Shown here: positions 16,201 through 20,000 of the stretch, one piece after another
How positions within the stretch are numbered: the stretch's first letter is position 1
Layout of the letters: the number at the start of each line of letters is the position of its first letter
IMG/VR virus record: IMGVR_UViG_3300045391_006705
Direction: 5' to 3' (one strand)
DNA: 20,000 bases
Source of the DNA: an uncultured virus (IMG/VR IMGVR_UViG_3300045391_006705)
Lineage: Duplodnaviria; Heunggongvirae; Uroviricota; Caudoviricetes
Translations under genes and position numbers: made by a program
Notes under the pieces: model-generated
Database searches by the model: none
The model's input: the letters and a program-made list of their open reading frames with translations, nothing else
Told to the model about the DNA's origin: nothing

Positions 16201-19200
16201 GGCTGGCGGGGGAGCAGCGTCGGCTCGGGCTCGGCGACAATGCGTTCGCCACGCCGCAGCAGATCCAGCAGGCCCTCAAGGGCTACGGCATCAACCCGCA
16301 ACAGACCCAGTCGCCGGCCGCCATCGTGGCGGCGGCGAAGCGGTCCGTCGCGGGCATCAACCGCCTGCGCGAGGAGCTCGACGACATCCGGGGGCAGATC
16401 GAGACCACGCCGGTCGGGGTCTCGACCAAGAACCTGGAGACGCGGCTCCTCCGCCGCAACATCCGCATGGACGCCGCGAGCGCCCAGGTGGTCAACCTGG
16501 CCGGGGCCGCCGAGGGCGCCCTGCCGGGCTTTTTCCGTGGCTACCAGGGGGAGGTGGCGCAGTACCGGCAGATGCGCGGCGAGCGCATCGGGACGCAGCA
16601 GGGCTTCATCGCGCTGCAGGAGGAGGAGCGGCAGTTGGCGCGCCTCCGGGCCGAGCGCGCGGACCTCGAGCGGAAGCACGAGGAACTGCTCGCCAAGGGC
16701 CAGCAGACGATCTTCGACGCCCAGGGCAAGCCGGTGCGCGTCCCCGGCGGCGCGGTCGGCCTGAGCCAGGCGGAGGAACTCCGCCTCCGCCACCTCGAAT
16801 CGAGGACGAGCGGGGTCGATTGGGCGGCGGGCGAGCAGGGCCCGCAGCCGGCGGCGATCCAGCGCGTCCTCACGGAGCGGCACCGGTTCGAGCAGATGGG
16901 GATCAAGGACGCCTCCGACCTCGTCGCCTGGACCAATCAGCGGTCGACGGCCGAGAACGTGCTCCGGTCCGGCATCTCGCGCCGGCTCGAGAAGGACATC
17001 GCGGCCACGGAGCAGATGAAGAAGCAGGGCACCCTGTTCGACTTCATCATCGGCAAGTTCCGCTCGATCCTCACCTACGCTGGCCTCGGCTACGCGATCT
17101 ACGGCATCACGGCCGCCATCGGGAGCGCGGTGCGCGAGGCGATGGATCTCGAGTCGACGATGGCCCGGATCCAGGGCGTCCTCGAGGGCCACTCGTTCAC
17201 CGAGCGGCTCGAGATCAAGCGCGGCGTCATCGACTCGGCCATCCAGTACGGGGTCGCGCTCAAGGACGCGGCGCAGATCGCGCACACCTTCGCCCAGACC
17301 GGCATCGGGGCGCCGCAGACCATCATCCAGACCCGGGCCGCCCTCGGGGCGGTGCAGGGCGCCGGGCTAGAGCCCCAGCAGGCCGTCGAACTCCTCATCG
17401 CCACCAAGAACCTGTCGCACGGCCTGGTCCAGGGTGAGGACATCGTCGACCGGATCTCGCGCATCGAGGCCAATTACGCCGTCACGGCCCAGGACCTGGC
17501 GGTCGGCATCCAGCGGGTCGGCGCCATCGCCACGCAGTTCCAGCCCAACAAGCTGGGGTCGGTCGACGCCTTCGACACCGTCATCGGCGCCATCACGAAG
17601 ATCGTGGAGCAGACGCGCGTCACGGGCAACCAGGCCGCGACCTCGCTCCGCTTCATGGTCGCGCGCCTCGCCTCGCCCGACGTCGAGCGGAAGTTGCAGT
17701 CGCAGTTCGGGGTCCGCCTCGCCACGCAGGAGGGCGGGAGCGAGCTCCGGCCCCTCTCCGACATCATCGGCGAGATCGCGGCCAAGTACCAGGAACTGAA
17801 GAACCCGAACCAGCCGGGCGGCCCGCGCACGAAGGAGGCCGCCGAGCTGCTGAGCACCTTCGCCGGCGCCCGGCAGGTCAACGCGGCGGCCGCGCTGCTC
17901 GACAACTGGTCCAAGTCGGTCGACGGCAGCAAGTCCGCCCTCGACATCGCGACCGAGAGTTCCCTGGCCTTCGGCGACACGCAGCGCCGGGTCGCGATCC
18001 AGATGGAGACGATGTCGGCGAAGATGGCGCAGTTCCACGACGCCTTCGTCGAGTTCATGGACGCCCTGCTCAACAAGACGGGCCTCCTGGGCCTCGGCAA
18101 GGGCGTCGTCGACGCCGCCACCTCGCTGCTCCACAGCGGCGCGCAGCACCCGGCGGCGACGGTGCTCGGGTCGGTCGGCGTGGTCGGCGGCGTCACCGGC
18201 ACGCTGGGCCTCGTGGCGGCCATCAAGCGGCTCAGCGAACTGGAGCCGGGGCAGCGCGGGCTGCTCGGCAAGATCTTCGGCTCCCTGCCGGACGTCTTCG
18301 CCGGCCGGGCCGCCGCCCAGGCCGTCGCGGCCGCCGGGCCGGTCCGCCTCATCCCGTTGGCCGGGCAGGCCGCCGGCGCGGCGGCGGGCGCGGCGGTCGG
18401 GCAGGCGGCGGAAGGCGCCCTGGCGCGCACCGTCGGCGCCATGGCCCGGGTGCCGGCCGGCACGATGCTGGGGTCGATCTTCGGCAACCTGATGTCGATC
18501 AGCCGGGCGGCGCTCTTCCTGTTCGAGTGGATCGTGCCGTTCGCGGCCATCGCCGGGTCCGTGTTCGCCGTGATGGAGCTGATCAACAGCCATCGGGCGA
18601 AGGCGCAGGAACTGCAGAAGCGGTACCGGCCGGAAACGGTCGACCTCAAGGCGCTCCAGGAGTCGGCGCCGTTCCAGGAGTTCGCCCAGCAGGCGGCGAC
18701 GCTGCAGCAGACGCCGCAGGACTTGCTGCACGCGATCCTCGCCGCCAACCAGAGCGCCCAGCGGGCCACCAACGCCCGGCTGGGGACGACCCGGCTCTTC
18801 GACGTCGCCAACCGCGAGACCAACCCGCAGGCCGACAAGACCTTCCAGCGCGAGTACCTGGCGCGGCTGGAGGCCCTCGTGCCCGGCCTCAAGGACATCG
18901 GCGACGAGTCGGAGCGCACCGCGACGGCGATGAGCCTGCTCAAGGGCGCCCTGATCCAGCTGAACGGCGCGGCCGACCAGGTGCAGGCGACCTTCCTCGC
19001 CAAGGCGAAGGAGGACCAGGACCGGCTCGACGCGGCGTTCGAGAAGGCGGGCAAGGGGAAGGAGGCGTTCCTCGCCGGGACCCTGCCGATCGGCCAGGAG
19101 CGCCCGAGCTACGCCAGGAACAAGCTCGGCCTCGGGTCCACGGACTACAACCTGTCGGACCTGGAGAAGGGCCCCGGCCTGGCCTACAGCAAGGCGGTCG

Positions 19201-20000
19201 CCGACGCCATCCACGGCGGAACGAGCGCCCCGGGCCAGCGGCAGGGCGACATCCGGACGATCCTCGACGCCCTGGGCCCCGGCTTCGGCCAGGCCTGGAT
19301 GAAGTCGAGCGCCCAGGTGGACGAGAACGGGAAGATCGTCCGGAAGGGCGTGGCGGACATGCTGGAGCAGCTGCTGCTCTCCGGCCACACGCTCGGCGAC
19401 GCCCTGGACGAGATCGCCCGCCGCGCGCTTGTCTCCACCGCCGACATGGACGAGGCGCACAAGAACGCCGTCAAGGCCAACCGCGAGGCCCTGGTCCAGG
19501 GCGCGGCGGCCCGCATCGCCGGCGAGTTCAAGTTCACGGATTGGCAGACGGCGGTCAAGGACCTCAAGAACAAGGGGCTCACCGGCACGGGCGGGGGCAC
19601 GTTCCGCGAGCAGCAGCAGAGCGCGGACGCCGAGGCGCGCCAGAAGCTCGTGGCCCTCCTCGAACAGGAGAAGAGCCCCGAGGCCAAGGCGCTCGTCGCC
19701 ACGCTCAAGGCCACGCAGGACGTCAACAACCGGACGGCGGGCCTCGCCAAGATCACCGAGACCTCGACCGGCATCTTCCGCGACCGGATGCTCGACGTGC
19801 TGCTCCGCTTCGGGCAGCAGCGGGCCGAGAACGAGGCGATGCACACGCGGCTCGGCGGCGTCGTCGGCTTCGACTTCGAGGAGGCCCAGCGGCAGAACGC
19901 GCGCGGCCTCGTCCAGGGGATCGAGGGCGCCATCGCGGAATCGAAGGGCGACCTGGTGCGCGCCTACGAGGCGATCCAGGCGCGCACCCTGACGCCGCTC
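13272..20000 (+). CDS. Tail tape measure protein with TP901-family core; truncated by the window edge (more than 2,243 aa)
   Basis: AGGAGG RBS then GTG 13272; I found no stop in this frame to the window end, which explains its absence from the track. Core at about 17140-18060: AMDLESTMARIQG...IVDRISRIEANYAVTAQDLA.GIQR.G...TRVTGNQAATSLR...LRPLSDII.EIA...FAGARQ.N...ALLDNW; hydrophobic segments near 17043-17130, 18160-18225 and 18480-18585. Confidence 0.92.
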   Translation, partial: MPPTPGNNYLIAVELQNLVAFKELAAEIERVQQLSERGAKFKVSLDASALKGIEAAIAERVDAALALRPGQATAAPAAPEAARPQPVAPPQAPQPTAAPKGRKEFADAQRETFAGSNAQSLRGMVAMLSEVKASLAALNQGILALPKEMGAQFEAAVAKLPKEGEHRHGTRPPRAQAQPEAVGARQQGTANYVAERADLNLGQLDAAFKKFGNELADRLTAVIQKIPELIDVNKLVKQREAHDSAAAAGFPHPLSAAEALAVYRRERAKMIAPPDAKGQRPTVNAAQLQYSTRIINEHVADLTRERQAMANEDERFLAKRKRANEILERQAKQAEQRAFARSPLGKESYELEGRITAARQSYYQTEASKQREKAYAAEVQRVADENARRQREAKESNSEYFPVRPPDRTEFVTPVERLASSVNAKASQAREQALKETVDKRSGRVIPGLPPQRAEELAAEARLAELAKIEDDAERKLVAQLADDLRRREALVREIEVARATAVEEERNRLLGLLHTTRTVIGPSGKGRAGETIQEIGPNGKPIARKVGDVIPQPKVEVGALGVFDLQDVRALNAGYVANLEQTLKTIKEKNVRGGVLTKMLEPYRANPVFAAALQNVRGGKSAEEALDVVKDLRKIKRQAQTLLDSFGPAREMLPPKAPPAEILNYPYRTRDELEADRAKVLEGLTPQQQAMAKRGPAWPRRTPEERQAQRLDKWYARGGHFIPFGEAEQYQIEDIDARLGQALGRAGTQEAQDAITKIRARLARIAEMGGQYFMPGPTNRPFPGFADLRKVVRQVAGLGRIDLDEQSKQGLADLVKAYGHVGGARLLGPTSNTLAAGLPVPGVGAGTYAVHDAQSIGQLAEALRHFGDQNLGQIAGEIAKMAESFAVLRQELAKNPIVSAAFLNKQKEDYRKARVEDRLTLIETGSEAAVNVATGRSLAKEQEHYARGEAQVAVEQERQERERLRAQTEEARLRVRLAGEQRRLGLGDNAFATPQQIQQALKGYGINPQQTQSPAAIVAAAKRSVAGINRLREELDDIRGQIETTPVGVSTKNLETRLLRRNIRMDAASAQVVNLAGAAEGALPGFFRGYQGEVAQYRQMRGERIGTQQGFIALQEEERQLARLRAERADLERKHEELLAKGQQTIFDAQGKPVRVPGGAVGLSQAEELRLRHLESRTSGVDWAAGEQGPQPAAIQRVLTERHRFEQMGIKDASDLVAWTNQRSTAENVLRSGISRRLEKDIAATEQMKKQGTLFDFIIGKFRSILTYAGLGYAIYGITAAIGSAVREAMDLESTMARIQGVLEGHSFTERLEIKRGVIDSAIQYGVALKDAAQIAHTFAQTGIGAPQTIIQTRAALGAVQGAGLEPQQAVELLIATKNLSHGLVQGEDIVDRISRIEANYAVTAQDLAVGIQRVGAIATQFQPNKLGSVDAFDTVIGAITKIVEQTRVTGNQAATSLRFMVARLASPDVERKLQSQFGVRLATQEGGSELRPLSDIIGEIAAKYQELKNPNQPGGPRTKEAAELLSTFAGARQVNAAAALLDNWSKSVDGSKSALDIATESSLAFGDTQRRVAIQMETMSAKMAQFHDAFVEFMDALLNKTGLLGLGKGVVDAATSLLHSGAQHPAATVLGSVGVVGGVTGTLGLVAAIKRLSELEPGQRGLLGKIFGSLPDVFAGRAAAQAVAAAGPVRLIPLAGQAAGAAAGAAVGQAAEGALARTVGAMARVPAGTMLGSIFGNLMSISRAALFLFEWIVPFAAIAGSVFAVMELINSHRAKAQELQKRYRPETVDLKALQESAPFQEFAQQAATLQQTPQDLLHAILAANQSAQRATNARLGTTRLFDVANRETNPQADKTFQREYLARLEALVPGLKDIGDESERTATAMSLLKGALIQLNGAADQVQATFLAKAKEDQDRLDAAFEKAGKGKEAFLAGTLPIGQERPSYARNKLGLGSTDYNLSDLEKGPGLAYSKAVADAIHGGTSAPGQRQGDIRTILDALGPGFGQAWMKSSAQVDENGKIVRKGVADMLEQLLLSGHTLGDALDEIARRALVSTADMDEAHKNAVKANREALVQGAAARIAGEFKFTDWQTAVKDLKNKGLTGTGGGTFREQQQSADAEARQKLVALLEQEKSPEAKALVATLKATQDVNNRTAGLAKITETSTGIFRDRMLDVLLRFGQQRAENEAMHTRLGGVVGFDFEEAQRQNARGLVQGIEGAIAESKGDLVRAYEAIQARTLTPL

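Noticed and set aside
12195..19844. Very long minus-strand ORFs (12195..17285, 1,696 aa; 17367..19844, 825 aa; similarly 281..1570, 1459..3069, 4490..5662, 8936..10390)
   Set aside because: Antisense shadows of GC3-biased + strand genes; Arg/Gly/Leu/Val-rich with no motifs, fully overlapping well-supported genes.
1..20000. Stop codon reassignment, CRISPR array, integrase/att site, intron or intein
   Set aside because: TAA, TAG and TGA all end genes at sensible boundaries; I saw no repeat-spacer array, recombinase, split gene or intein motif.

Overview
High-GC window from a tailed dsDNA phage (or prophage), covering the virion morphogenesis module of what is most likely a large long-tailed siphovirus. 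Gene order on the + strand: partial Fn3-like CDS, hypothetical, GT4 glycosyltransferase, hypothetical, prohead protease-scaffold fusion, capsid decoration protein, major capsid protein, hypothetical, putative head-tail adaptor, putative head closure protein, small ORF, putative tail terminator, a lower-GC zinc-finger HNH endonuclease, and a tail tube protein followed by an intrinsic terminator. A reverse-oriented two-gene cassette follows. After it come a tail assembly chaperone with a probable -1 frameshift extension, an HK97 gp10-like protein, and a tape measure gene of more than 2,243 codons that runs off the right edge and is missing from the ORF track. Calls rest on motifs I could read, synteny, RBS and stop/start overlaps, and codon bias; no database searches were run. 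The most notable points are the internally duplicated tail tube fold, a glycosyltransferase beside the head genes, a non-canonical chaperone frameshift, a ~1,290-aa extension before the tape measure core, and the antisense cassette encoding a small membrane protein. I cannot show a wholly new system from the sequence alone.
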